From the NCBI GenBank assembly GCA_964511025.1, contig CAZEDK010000002.1:1-59147 (forward strand): a stretch of 59,147 nucleotides of DNA. The letters run 5' to 3'. This document shows, piece by piece, positions 48,050 through 58,644 of the stretch (position 1 is the stretch's first letter; every line of letters begins with the position of its first letter). The notes beneath the pieces were generated by a model. It ran no database searches. It was given only the letters and a program-made list of their open reading frames with translations, and was not told the origin of the DNA. Position numbers and translations under genes: made by a program. This stretch comes from an uncultured Candidatus Peribacteria bacterium. Its GTDB lineage: Bacteria; Patescibacteriota; Gracilibacteria; UBA1369; GWF2-33-10.

Positions 48050-49093
48050 CTAAAATGGTCCTTTAAATCTATTTTCATGACTGTAAAACTGCTCACCCGA
48101 AAGGTCTGTCGGCTTCAAATCCAGCATATTTTCTATTTCTCTTATAATAGTCACTGCATTAGGATAAAATTTATTTTCCAAACACCTCACAGTAGGACAT
48201 GGAGTCGGAGCAAAACCAATTCTTCGTACTGGGATTTTTAACTTACCAAAACACTTTTCTGAAACTCTCGCTGAAACCTCCGCACTAAATCCACAATGCA
48301 GCCAATCATTATCAGCCACGATACACCGTCCTGTTTTATTAACTGATTCGATGATAAGCTCATCATTAAAAGGCGCTATCGTCCTGGGATCAACTATTTC
48401 AACGCTTACACCTCTTCTACCTAAAATCTCTGCTGCTTTAACTGCCTCCACATTCATCCATGAAACAGCTACGATAGTTACATCCTTACCTTCACGCAAA
48501 ATATTTGCTTCTCCCATTGGAATGGTAAAAGGTTCTTTTGGAACCTCATTTTCTTGCCAATACAACCACCTATGCTCAATAAAAATTACAGGATTATCAT
48601 CTCTTATTGCAGACATAAGTAACCCTTTGGCATCTTTAGGAGTTGTTGGTAAAACAACTTTTAATCCAGGAATATGAGCAAAAACAGAATGCATACTTTT
48701 ACTGTGATGAAAAGACTGTCCCCATCCTCTGCCAATAACAGCCCTTATCACCAAGGGAACATTTAATTTCCCTGCCGCTGAATACCTATAACTAGATACG
48801 ATGTTGGCAATCTGATTCATTGCCAAGAGCAAAAAATCCACACGAATATGAATATTTACCGGCCTCATTCCATTAATAGCGGCCCCCAATCCAAACCCAA
48901 CCATTGCTTCTTCAGAAATTGGAGTCTCAAAGCACCTTTCGGGTCCAAATTTTTCTAATAACCCTTTTGTACATCCAAATATTCTTTTGTGATCCGTAAT
49001 CCCACCTATTCCATATACAAAAATAGTTGGATCCCTTTCCATCTCTTGAAACATAGCTTCATTCAATGCATCACAATAACTTATCTTTCTCAT
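48050..49093 (-). CDS. ThDP-dependent 2-oxo acid dehydrogenase E1 component, beta subunit-like
   Basis: 347 aa. Motifs: RCFETPISEEAMVGFGLGAAINGMRPV, SFHHSKS, and a C-terminal transketolase-C-like domain (DVTIVAVSWM...VEIVDPRTIAPF). Confidence 0.85.
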   Translation of the reverse strand: MRKISYCDALNEAMFQEMERDPTIFVYGIGGITDHKRIFGCTKGLLEKFGPERCFETPISEEAMVGFGLGAAINGMRPVNIHIRVDFLLLAMNQIANIVSSYRYSAAGKLNVPLVIRAVIGRGWGQSFHHSKSMHSVFAHIPGLKVVLPTTPKDAKGLLMSAIRDDNPVIFIEHRWLYWQENEVPKEPFTIPMGEANILREGKDVTIVAVSWMNVEAVKAAEILGRRGVSVEIVDPRTIAPFNDELIIESVNKTGRCIVADNDWLHCGFSAEVSARVSEKCFGKLKIPVRRIGFAPTPCPTVRCLENKFYPNAVTIIREIENMLDLKPTDLSGEQFYSHENRFKGPF

Positions 49094-50082
49094 ACATATA
49101 CATCCTCATACAATTCAGATTCGTCAGCAAAAGGCGCCTTTTTAGCTAAAACAATACTATTATTAATTTGATTAGCAATTTCTATTTCTACTTTCTGAAT
49201 TTCTTTTTCATTACAACCTTTTTCTATTAATTTTTTGCGTTGTAAATCTACAGGATCCACCTTCTGCCACTTCATAAATTCCTCTTTGGAACGATACCCA
49301 CAATCAAAATCTTCGTTAACTCCAACGTGTTCCAAATATCTGTAATATTTTAAATAAAGGAAAGCTGGTCTTTGTGCGTTTTTACTTACTTCTATCGCAT
49401 TACAAGTTAACTCATAGACAATCTCTACATCTGTAGTTTCTGAACTAAAAACATTACAATTGAATTTGGCAACTATATCACAAATGGAATTATAACCATG
49501 TCTGACAGAAGGTGGGTAATGAACCGCAAAGCCATTATCCTCACAAACAAACAAAACGGGTATATTCATAAGGCAGGCAAAGTTTAAACTCTCCCAAAAA
49601 ACACCTTCGTCAATGGCACCGTCTCCAAAAAACACAGCTGCCATCTTATTATTCTTATTTTGTTTATTTGAAAAAGCGGTACCAACAGCAATTGGAATGG
49701 TACCCGCTACAATCGCTGAAGTGCCTAAAAAACCATTTTCTGGCGCTGATAAATGCATTGAACCGCCCTTCCCTTTTGCAAGGCCGGTTTTTTTCCCGTA
49801 CATTTCAGCAAAAAATTTATCTGTTTCTCCCGTTTTAGCTAAATAGATTGCATGACTACGATATGAACCGAAGATTTGACCTTGCTCTCCGAGGGCATGA
49901 CAAACTCCTGCTGCAATCGCTTCTTCTCCAACAGACATATGCATAGGTGTCTTCATATCATTTTCATGATAATAAATACGAATTTTTTCTTCCGCCTTTC
50001 TAATCAAATACACCTTTTTGTAAAGTTCGATGTTTAATTCAAACCATTTATTGCCAAATTCAGTCATTCGTTCTCCAACCAA
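49090..50082 (-). CDS. ThDP-dependent 2-oxo acid dehydrogenase E1 component, alpha subunit-like
   Basis: 330 aa. Motifs: HMSVGEEAIAAGV, YRSHA, and the ThDP motif FFGDGAIDEGVFWESLNFA...VCEDNGFA. A 4-nt overlap couples it to the beta subunit gene. Confidence 0.85.
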   Translation of the reverse strand: MVGERMTEFGNKWFELNIELYKKVYLIRKAEEKIRIYYHENDMKTPMHMSVGEEAIAAGVCHALGEQGQIFGSYRSHAIYLAKTGETDKFFAEMYGKKTGLAKGKGGSMHLSAPENGFLGTSAIVAGTIPIAVGTAFSNKQNKNNKMAAVFFGDGAIDEGVFWESLNFACLMNIPVLFVCEDNGFAVHYPPSVRHGYNSICDIVAKFNCNVFSSETTDVEIVYELTCNAIEVSKNAQRPAFLYLKYYRYLEHVGVNEDFDCGYRSKEEFMKWQKVDPVDLQRKKLIEKGCNEKEIQKVEIEIANQINNSIVLAKKAPFADESELYEDVYV

Positions 50083-50097
50083 AATTTTTATGTCGGT

Positions 50098-51090
50098 TTA
50101 TTTTACAACTGTTAGGGCCTTCCACTCACATCGTTTTAATTCTTCTCTCCAAAAGGACAACATATCACGTAATGTCCTTTCCAATGGAATATTCGGTTCC
50201 CATCCAGTTTCATCTCTGAACTTGTCTATACAGGGTATCTGTAAGGTAACGTCTGAAGGCCGCAGGAGCCGGGGATCGACCCTGATCTCAAACTTTGTTT
50301 TGGAAAAAGATAGCAATATTTCCAATGCCTCACCAATAGTTGTAGTACGGTTTCCCCCTATATTATATACTTCACCCGGCTTACATCTATTCACTAAAAT
50401 CCAGTACGCCCTAACAGCATCTCTCACATCACAAAAAGTTCGCACTGATTTTAAATTCCCCACCTGTATGACGGGTTCTGTTAATCCCAATTCTCCTGCT
50501 GCTGCTTGCTTGGCAAAAAATGACATTGCAAAGACATCTCCTCTTCGGGGACCGGTGTGGGTAAACATCCTAGTACGAATGGTTTTTACATCGTACGAAA
50601 GCCAATATTGTAATGCAACCATGTCCTCGCCTACTTTACTGACTGCGTAAGGAGAAGCGGGTCTGAAAGGGCATGTCTCTTTAATTGGCACGTCTGTTTC
50701 AGTTACCTGTCCATAAACCTCTGATGATGAACATATATGAATAACTGGATTAATTTCTACAATTCTAACCGCCTCGAGTAAATTTGTTGTACCAATCACA
50801 TTTGACCAAAGAGTTTGTATTGGTGAATTGAAACTCGTTAATACATAACTTTGAGCTGCTAGATGAAAAATAATATCTGGTTTAATCTCCTTGAAATGCC
50901 GAATTAACGCGCTCAAATCACAAAGATCTGCATCAAGGAGTGTAACTTTATTATAAATTTTCTCTAGATTGTCTCTTGGACTTCTCCATCTGCACAGCCC
51001 ATATATTTCATGTCCTTCGTTCAAATTAAGAATATATTCTGCAAGATGGCTTCCGACAAAACCTGTTATACCTGTAATCAATAATTTCAT
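50098..51090 (-). CDS. Gmd/Rmd-family extended SDR (GDP-4-keto-6-deoxy-mannose reductase or NDP-sugar dehydratase-like)
   Basis: 330 aa. Motifs: MKLLITGITGFVGSHLAEY, SSSEVYG, and the canonical YAVSK. Confidence 0.65.
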   Translation of the reverse strand: MKLLITGITGFVGSHLAEYILNLNEGHEIYGLCRWRSPRDNLEKIYNKVTLLDADLCDLSALIRHFKEIKPDIIFHLAAQSYVLTSFNSPIQTLWSNVIGTTNLLEAVRIVEINPVIHICSSSEVYGQVTETDVPIKETCPFRPASPYAVSKVGEDMVALQYWLSYDVKTIRTRMFTHTGPRRGDVFAMSFFAKQAAAGELGLTEPVIQVGNLKSVRTFCDVRDAVRAYWILVNRCKPGEVYNIGGNRTTTIGEALEILLSFSKTKFEIRVDPRLLRPSDVTLQIPCIDKFRDETGWEPNIPLERTLRDMLSFWREELKRCEWKALTVVK

Positions 51091-51128
51091 AATTTACTCA
51101 ACCCAGAAGAACTTCACGAAAAGTTTTC

Positions 51129-52415
51129 TTACGAAATAAAATAATCATGCGAATATTGAAAATTTCTTACAATACTCTTCATATCATCTTCCATTTCTTG
51201 TATTGCGACCTGGGGTATAAAATTTTTTTCATAGGTCATACGCGCATTATATTCTATTTTCCTTCTCAATTGCTCATCCTTGATAACTTTGATTATAAGT
51301 TCAGGTAATTCTCGAATGTCATTTGCTATAAGGGCATTTTCCATATTCATTAATTCAGGCCGCGAGTTTTTTTCAAAAATTGTTGTAACTATACAACATC
51401 CATAAGCCAATCCCACAATAATCCTCGCTCTAGAACTTAATTGAACGGGCGTTGGAACAAGTAATAAATCGGCTGATAAAAAGTCCTCGCTAACATTATC
51501 AACATAACCACGTAATATTATCGATGGCTTATTTAAATTTTCTTTAAATTCTGGCGGGATAGTAACGTTCCCAATTAAATGTATCTCGAAAGTATCCTTC
51601 CCAAGTTTTTCTTCGAGATGTGGTAATATATGCTTAGCAAGCACTTTATAATGTAAATAGGTAGCAGTACCTACTGCTCCTACCATAATAATTTTAGGTT
51701 TTTTATTACTGGCCTGGGCTTTTTCCTTGAGATCCTGCCAATTCTCGCCTACCGGATCTATACACGGCGCTTTATAGTATTTACAATCCGAAGCTCCCAA
51801 CCTTTTGAAACTCTCAACGTAATCAAGAGCAACTTGCCCATACGCTTGACATGCTGAGTAAGCTTTTACTATTTGTTTTAACACGCTGCGAGAATTTAAA
51901 ATATTTATAAAATACCTTATGTACTCAGAGACATTAGGAGGAACCTTTCTTTTACATCGCAACATAGTAAAAAGCCACATGAATGGATTTTCACACAATG
52001 GAGATATCCTCGGAACTGTTTTGATACCTTGCGTAACACAAATTGCCGCCAACCCGAATGCAACAATGATATGCGGGCGTAATTGCTCTACGTATTTTTC
52101 AATCACATTTCTGATTTCTTTTCTGTAAGATACGGTATGATAATAATCTTCAATTTTTGGTTTAAGTATTCTTAATAGTTTTGACCGCCTGAGACGATGC
52201 GGCGCTACATCGAAGAGCGAAATGACCGTAACTCCTAACGAAGACAAGATTTTAATATGTTCCTCCCTATCATCGGGTTCCCAGCTCGGAGGATTTACTA
52301 TTGCAGTTACTTTGTGACCGACACTCAAAAAATACTGGATCAATGTCCAGCCATGAATACACGAACCACTTTTCCCATTAAATGGAATATCCTCGCCAAT
52401 ATAAAAAATGTGCAC
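51129..52415 (-). CDS. GT-B fold glycosyltransferase (GT4-like, divergent)
   Basis: 428 aa. The N-terminus IFYIGEDIPFNGKSGSCIHGWTLIQYFLSVGHKV is typical of GT4. The C-terminal half is divergent, with no clean EX7E motif seen. Confidence 0.5.
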   Translation of the reverse strand: MHIFYIGEDIPFNGKSGSCIHGWTLIQYFLSVGHKVTAIVNPPSWEPDDREEHIKILSSLGVTVISLFDVAPHRLRRSKLLRILKPKIEDYYHTVSYRKEIRNVIEKYVEQLRPHIIVAFGLAAICVTQGIKTVPRISPLCENPFMWLFTMLRCKRKVPPNVSEYIRYFINILNSRSVLKQIVKAYSACQAYGQVALDYVESFKRLGASDCKYYKAPCIDPVGENWQDLKEKAQASNKKPKIIMVGAVGTATYLHYKVLAKHILPHLEEKLGKDTFEIHLIGNVTIPPEFKENLNKPSIILRGYVDNVSEDFLSADLLLVPTPVQLSSRARIIVGLAYGCCIVTTIFEKNSRPELMNMENALIANDIRELPELIIKVIKDEQLRRKIEYNARMTYEKNFIPQVAIQEMEDDMKSIVRNFQYSHDYFIS

Positions 52416-52419
52416 AGAA

Positions 52420-53541
52420 TCACAACCTCATGGATAACTTAGAAAAGTAAATAAACCTTCTCTGAAATACTTTGAATAACGATATACATATACCAAAAAT
52501 ATTTTTACTATGCAGGAATTCCCATTTTTTTGGAATTATCCATTCTTTTAGAATTTTTCGTCTTTCAGGCAAAGGTATATTTTCAACATAACCAAATTCT
52601 TTTGCATAATTGTAAGTCAAATAAACAATTAAATCGCGCTCACATGGAGATAAAAATTCATCATACTTGAAAATGTTTTTCATATTTGAAATAACTTCTA
52701 CTGGTGTTTCAACACCAACTTGACCAACATTTACAGGTAGTTTTTTGATACTTTTCCCTCCTAATACTGTTTGTTTTGTTGGACTTTTTGGCAGTGGAAG
52801 TCCCAACCAAGAACAAACAGACTCTATAGTGTCTAAAGGGACTCGGACCAAATCCTCAAATCGGACAACATAATGATTTTTTAAGTCTTTTCTGTCTAAA
52901 ATATTTCTTGCATGAATAATCCATCGCTTATTTATCATAGTATTCAGACTATCCCCACCTAAATGCCATAACGGTTTTCTTGCCGGACAAATTTTTTGTC
53001 GTGTCGCTCTAATTAATGAAGCATATACATCAATAGGATTCCTGATTATATGTATAAATTTCATATCAGGAAAAATTTCTTCATAATAGCGGATATAAGG
53101 AACTTCTATAGTTTTAAACATATAAGTAGTAACAGCCTTGTTATTATTTATCCACTTTGACATAACCTTTAAGAATAACATAATAAAATTACGTGGCTTA
53201 TATTCTGGCTCGAAGTTTAAAGCCTGAAGAGGATTCACATCCAAATTTATGCTGATATCTTCTTCTAATTTAGCCACATAGTCTGACAATATCTCTTTTA
53301 CATGGTAACTATAATTATCTATTAATAATTTATTTTCAATATCTCTATCAAGATATTTTAATGGTTCTGTTCTTGCATAATGTTTAGTCTTTTTAGAAAT
53401 ACGACCTTTGGATGCTAAATCATCTAAAGCAGTCAGAAAAATCACTTCAACAGGATGTACATATGTGTCTGGTATCCCATCCAGTAGTCTTGTTATTAGA
53501 GTACTACCATTCCTACCCGTTCCGAATATGCCTACTAACAT
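52420..53541 (-). CDS. Sulfotransferase-family protein
   Basis: 373 aa. IFGTGRNGSTLITRLL is a 5'-PSB-like P-loop, and IIRNPIDVYASL is a 3'-PB-like motif. Confidence 0.65.
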   Translation of the reverse strand: MLVGIFGTGRNGSTLITRLLDGIPDTYVHPVEVIFLTALDDLASKGRISKKTKHYARTEPLKYLDRDIENKLLIDNYSYHVKEILSDYVAKLEEDISINLDVNPLQALNFEPEYKPRNFIMLFLKVMSKWINNNKAVTTYMFKTIEVPYIRYYEEIFPDMKFIHIIRNPIDVYASLIRATRQKICPARKPLWHLGGDSLNTMINKRWIIHARNILDRKDLKNHYVVRFEDLVRVPLDTIESVCSWLGLPLPKSPTKQTVLGGKSIKKLPVNVGQVGVETPVEVISNMKNIFKYDEFLSPCERDLIVYLTYNYAKEFGYVENIPLPERRKILKEWIIPKKWEFLHSKNIFGICISLFKVFQRRFIYFSKLSMRL

Positions 53542-53561
53542 ATTAAACTCTTATAAAATTA

Positions 53562-54578
53562 TTAAAATATCTTGATTTTCCTGAGAATATTAAACACTTC
53601 GTACGGTATCTGATTCCATACATTGCGCACCCTTCGTATAGTCCACTTCCTACTTAGAGTAATCTCAATCTGTTCAATTTCATCGCTGCAAATCAATTTT
53701 GCATCGCGCATAAGACTTAGAGCAAAAGATTTGAACCCAAGACAAAGACTGATGATAGAAAGTCTATGAAGGTCTAAAGGTGTCAAATCGAAACGATCTG
53801 GATCTAACGCAAAAAAAGCGTCCCCAGCACAAATCATACGTCTATCTGCATGTTTGGTAATTATATGTTTTCCACGACTATACCGCGGATGGTCTAAATC
53901 TAAATCTAAAAGCCTATAGCCATGCTCATGCAAGAAAACATGTTCATGCCCTAATAAATGGTTTTCCTGAAAATGTGGAGTAACCATAAACTCTGTTTTT
54001 ATAAATAAAATATTATGAGCTTTTAACAGTTTATCTGCCCCCCTTAACACACACATATCTGCACCTTCTGTATCAATTTTTAAGAAATCCACTTTTTGCT
54101 TTGGATCTAATATTTCATCAAGACGACGGCATTGCATAGGAATAGTGTTAATAACTTGAGCATGTAATTCCTTGTATGGTTTGTTGTTTTTGTCTAACCA
54201 CATGTTTTTTGCAACCTTATTATCAGTACTCCCCATCAGTGTGCAAGTAGCTGGTCCTGTCGTTACAAAAAAAGACCTCACTTCTTCTTTGTCCCATAAA
54301 GCACAATTATGATACTGTACTGATTTGAATGATGGCATATTAATGCCGGCTCTCATAGCATCGGTGCTATTTGAAATAAGTTTCTCGTATTCCGCCGGAT
54401 GCGGTTCAAAGCCAATAATCTCTGAGCGCTTAGCATAAGTTGGAGGTATCAAAAACATCCCATTACGTGCACCAACGTCAACTACAGTAAAATTTACACC
54501 GGTTTTGTCAATCGGGTAAAACACAATATCTCCGATAGTTCTGCCTGATGGAGTTTTATAAAGAAACGGTTCCCTCAA
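53562..54578 (-). CDS. FkbM-family SAM-dependent methyltransferase
   Basis: 338 aa. Motifs: VVDVGARNGMF, IIGFEPHP, and FLKIDTEGADMCVLRGA. Confidence 0.8.
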   Translation of the reverse strand: MREPFLYKTPSGRTIGDIVFYPIDKTGVNFTVVDVGARNGMFLIPPTYAKRSEIIGFEPHPAEYEKLISNSTDAMRAGINMPSFKSVQYHNCALWDKEEVRSFFVTTGPATCTLMGSTDNKVAKNMWLDKNNKPYKELHAQVINTIPMQCRRLDEILDPKQKVDFLKIDTEGADMCVLRGADKLLKAHNILFIKTEFMVTPHFQENHLLGHEHVFLHEHGYRLLDLDLDHPRYSRGKHIITKHADRRMICAGDAFFALDPDRFDLTPLDLHRLSIISLCLGFKSFALSLMRDAKLICSDEIEQIEITLSRKWTIRRVRNVWNQIPYEVFNILRKIKIF

Positions 54579-54631
54579 ATTCTTACCCTTTCAGTAATTT
54601 GACCCACAAACGCCTGCATTATATCTGTGAC

Positions 54632-56071
54632 CTACTGTCCCTTTTCTTTCAATGCTAGTATATTAATAAATATTTTTTTACGAATGGACATAAACACATC
54701 GAATAGACCATAATACTCAACTACTAAAAAAGATGTTGCCAAACATCCAAATACCTTTTCCATTAAATCAAATTTAATTAGAGTATTCGCAATATATAGT
54801 CCAAGAATCATAGCTAATACAATTAAAAAATCTTTTCCAGCAAATTTACCACATCCCAACTTTCTTGCATAAATTAAGCGTGATGATTGAATTATAAAAT
54901 TTAATAAAACAATAGCTACGGCAGCTCCTATTATTCCAAAATAATAAATAGAAATTGCTGTAACACCGATAAATGAAACATTCGTTATTATCCCTGAATA
55001 CATCAAAAAGGCATTCTTTTTATTAACGAGGAGAAACTGGGTATATGGCACACCGTAAGTGGAAAAAAGGTGAAACAGAAACCACAACGGAATCAATGGT
55101 GCAGCGGCTACAAATTTCCCATGTGTTAAAATATTAACAATTTCATAAGAAAATAATGTCATAAAAATACCTGTAATACCCAGCAACCCATACCATTTTC
55201 TAAGTTTTATATTAAAACTTTTATGATCCAAATCTTTTGAAAATATTTCTGTTATTTGAAGACCAAATGTCCTGGAAAATGCCTTAATAGCCATTGCAAA
55301 AATATTCTTGTAGTTTAATGAGTGAGAATAAATACCAAGTTGCGGTAAATTAATCCACTTCTGAATAAAATAGCGGTCTGTCACATTTGTAACCATCTCC
55401 AGCAAATTATATGGCACGGAGGGTATTCCAACCACAAAAACCTCACGAGACCATTTCCTGCTTATTTTAGGAATAATATAGTTTCGTATATACCATAACC
55501 CCGCAATAAACGAAAATAATCCAGCGGCTATCGGACTTAAAAATAATGTTATTATTGATAGTTTGAATAAAACTAAGCAAATGATCGTCGTAAGAGCACC
55601 AAATGCCCATTGAGAAAATTCAAGGAAAGCGTAAACTCTTCCCTTCTGTTGGAATACAATTAAACATGAAATCGAAGGCCAAAATGTCATTAATAATATA
55701 GACACTAATATCAACTTAAAATAAAGTACATGTTTAACCTCAAATTCTTTTATTATTACAGGAAGTAATAAGGGCGCTGATAACCAAAATACTAAAACCC
55801 AAAAAATTTTTAGCGCAAAATCCAATAACAAGAGATTGAAAAATAAAACTTTTCTTTCATTGTCATCTATTTTATAAAAATTACCAGCCAAGACCCACGC
55901 TATTCCAGTAGAAGCAAGGGGGCCTATGGGTATTGTTATAGCATTTAAGATGGCAAAAATACCGAAATCCTTAGGATTAAGATAATACGTAGTTATAGGC
56001 ACCATCACAAAAGCACCTATAATGCCCATACCTATTGAAGGTAACAAATAATATAAAAAGTTTTTTTGCAT
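54632..56071 (-). CDS. wzx: Wzx-type oligosaccharide flippase (MOP/PST superfamily)
   Basis: 479 aa. There are about 12-14 TM helices along the whole length, and the N-terminus YYLLPSIGMGIIGAFVMVPITTYYLNPKDFGIFAI is typical of polysaccharide-biosynthesis flippases. Confidence 0.7.
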   Translation of the reverse strand: MQKNFLYYLLPSIGMGIIGAFVMVPITTYYLNPKDFGIFAILNAITIPIGPLASTGIAWVLAGNFYKIDDNERKVLFFNLLLLDFALKIFWVLVFWLSAPLLLPVIIKEFEVKHVLYFKLILVSILLMTFWPSISCLIVFQQKGRVYAFLEFSQWAFGALTTIICLVLFKLSIITLFLSPIAAGLFSFIAGLWYIRNYIIPKISRKWSREVFVVGIPSVPYNLLEMVTNVTDRYFIQKWINLPQLGIYSHSLNYKNIFAMAIKAFSRTFGLQITEIFSKDLDHKSFNIKLRKWYGLLGITGIFMTLFSYEIVNILTHGKFVAAAPLIPLWFLFHLFSTYGVPYTQFLLVNKKNAFLMYSGIITNVSFIGVTAISIYYFGIIGAAVAIVLLNFIIQSSRLIYARKLGCGKFAGKDFLIVLAMILGLYIANTLIKFDLMEKVFGCLATSFLVVEYYGLFDVFMSIRKKIFINILALKEKGQ

Positions 56072-56217
56072 AGAATTGCCAAACTAAGTTTTTAAATTTT
56101 CACCGTCACTGACATAATCATTGATTGCTGGCAAAAAATCTCAAAAATATTTCATTCTTTTTCACTCTTATAAGATATACAGTTTGCTTTTTAAACATAT
56201 ACACTTTTTTATTTACC

Positions 56218-57225
<1,008 letters not shown>

Positions 57226-57495
57226 CTATGTATAGACCTAGATTAAGGTTTTTAGGTCAAGCCTTTTTTCTAAAGGAATAGGAAATATAGAGTAAGTGGT
57301 AAGGACTAGGCAGAAAGCAGGCAAAAGATCATATCCTGTTTGGTATTACGATTGTTTCTTACAAATTTTTCTAATTATTTGTTCTGTAAGGGAAAATCTT
57401 TCCTCTTTTAGAAAATACTTTGTTTCTTCTAATATTTCCATTGTTAATTCATATACAAGATTATACACATTAAGACCTTGTTACCTTTATACTGC

Positions 57496-58626
57496 CTACT
57501 CCTTACTATCCACAGTCTCCAGCATCCAATCAATTCCTTTTTGTTTCAGTATCTTTTCACTTTCGCCAATCGGATTTAAGCCAACTAGCTTCATATCTGA
57601 ATCAACCATGATTTTGACAAGTTCTTGAAAAGTAACTCTTGACATCCATCCTAATTTATTTTGTGCCTTTGTAATATCAGCACATAAAAAATCTACTTCT
57701 GTAGGTCTAAAGTATCTTGGATCTATTTCAACGATAACTTCTCCGGTTTTTAAAGAAAAGGTTGAGGCTGAGGAGCAAATGATGCCTTTTTCTTTTGCCC
57801 CCCTTTCTTTCCATTCTAATTCAACACCAACGTGTTTGAAGGCGAGTTCTACGAATTCTCTCACAGAATGACTTTCACCGGTACCTATTACGTAATCATC
57901 TGGACTATCCTGTTGGAGCATTAGCCATTGACATACCACATATTCAGGCGCAAAACCCCAATCTCTTTTGGCTTCCAAGTTGCCAAGGTATAGCTTCTTC
58001 TGTTTTCCGGCAACAATGTTTGCTACTGCCCTTGTTATTTTTCTTGTTACAAAAGTCTCACCTCTCCTTGGTGATTCATGATTAAAGAGGATTCCATTAC
58101 AAGCAAACATATTGTATCCATCTCTGTAGTTAACAGTCATCCAGTAGGCATAGACCTTGGCTGCAGCGTAAGGACTCCTCGGCCTAAAATGTGTCTCCTC
58201 ATTCTGAGGAGCCTGAGCATCTCCAAACATTTCACTGCTGCTGGCTTGATAAAATTTGGTTTTAATGCCACTCCTTCTCACGGCTTCTAACAACCTCGTA
58301 GTTCCCAGACCGCTGATATCCCCGGTAAATTCTGGCATATCAAAACTAACACGCACATGGCTCTGTGCTGCTAAATGGTAAACTTCATCTGGTTGGATAT
58401 TATATATGAGATTAGTTATCTGGCTCGAATCAGAAAGGTCTCCATAATGAAGAAAAAGTCGTACATTGGGGTTATGTGGGTCACGATAAAGGTGATCAAT
58501 CCTGTCGGTGTTAAAGGTACTGGAACGACGAATAAGACCGTGAACTTCGTAACCCTTTGATAGGAGAAATTCTGCCAGATAGGAACCGTCCTGCCCTGTA
58601 ATTCCTGTTATGAGTGCTCTTTTCAT
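57496..58626 (-). CDS. gmd: GDP-mannose 4,6-dehydratase
   Basis: 376 aa. Motifs: [79 protein letters not shown]. Confidence 0.95.
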   Translation of the reverse strand: MKRALITGITGQDGSYLAEFLLSKGYEVHGLIRRSSTFNTDRIDHLYRDPHNPNVRLFLHYGDLSDSSQITNLIYNIQPDEVYHLAAQSHVRVSFDMPEFTGDISGLGTTRLLEAVRRSGIKTKFYQASSSEMFGDAQAPQNEETHFRPRSPYAAAKVYAYWMTVNYRDGYNMFACNGILFNHESPRRGETFVTRKITRAVANIVAGKQKKLYLGNLEAKRDWGFAPEYVVCQWLMLQQDSPDDYVIGTGESHSVREFVELAFKHVGVELEWKERGAKEKGIICSSASTFSLKTGEVIVEIDPRYFRPTEVDFLCADITKAQNKLGWMSRVTFQELVKIMVDSDMKLVGLNPIGESEKILKQKGIDWMLETVDSKE

Positions 58627-58644
58627 ATATAAATAAATTCTTAT

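Noticed and set aside
50030-50650. 206-aa plus-strand ORF
   Set aside because: It is antisense to the Rmd/Gmd-like SDR (50098..51090), which has the GxxGxxG and YxxxK motifs. It is a shadow ORF.
57296-57628. 110-aa plus-strand ORF in and beyond the gmd-fcl spacer
   Set aside because: It runs antisense into the 3' end of gmd, is low in complexity (Ser/Phe/Ile-rich) and has no motif. It was not accepted as a gene.
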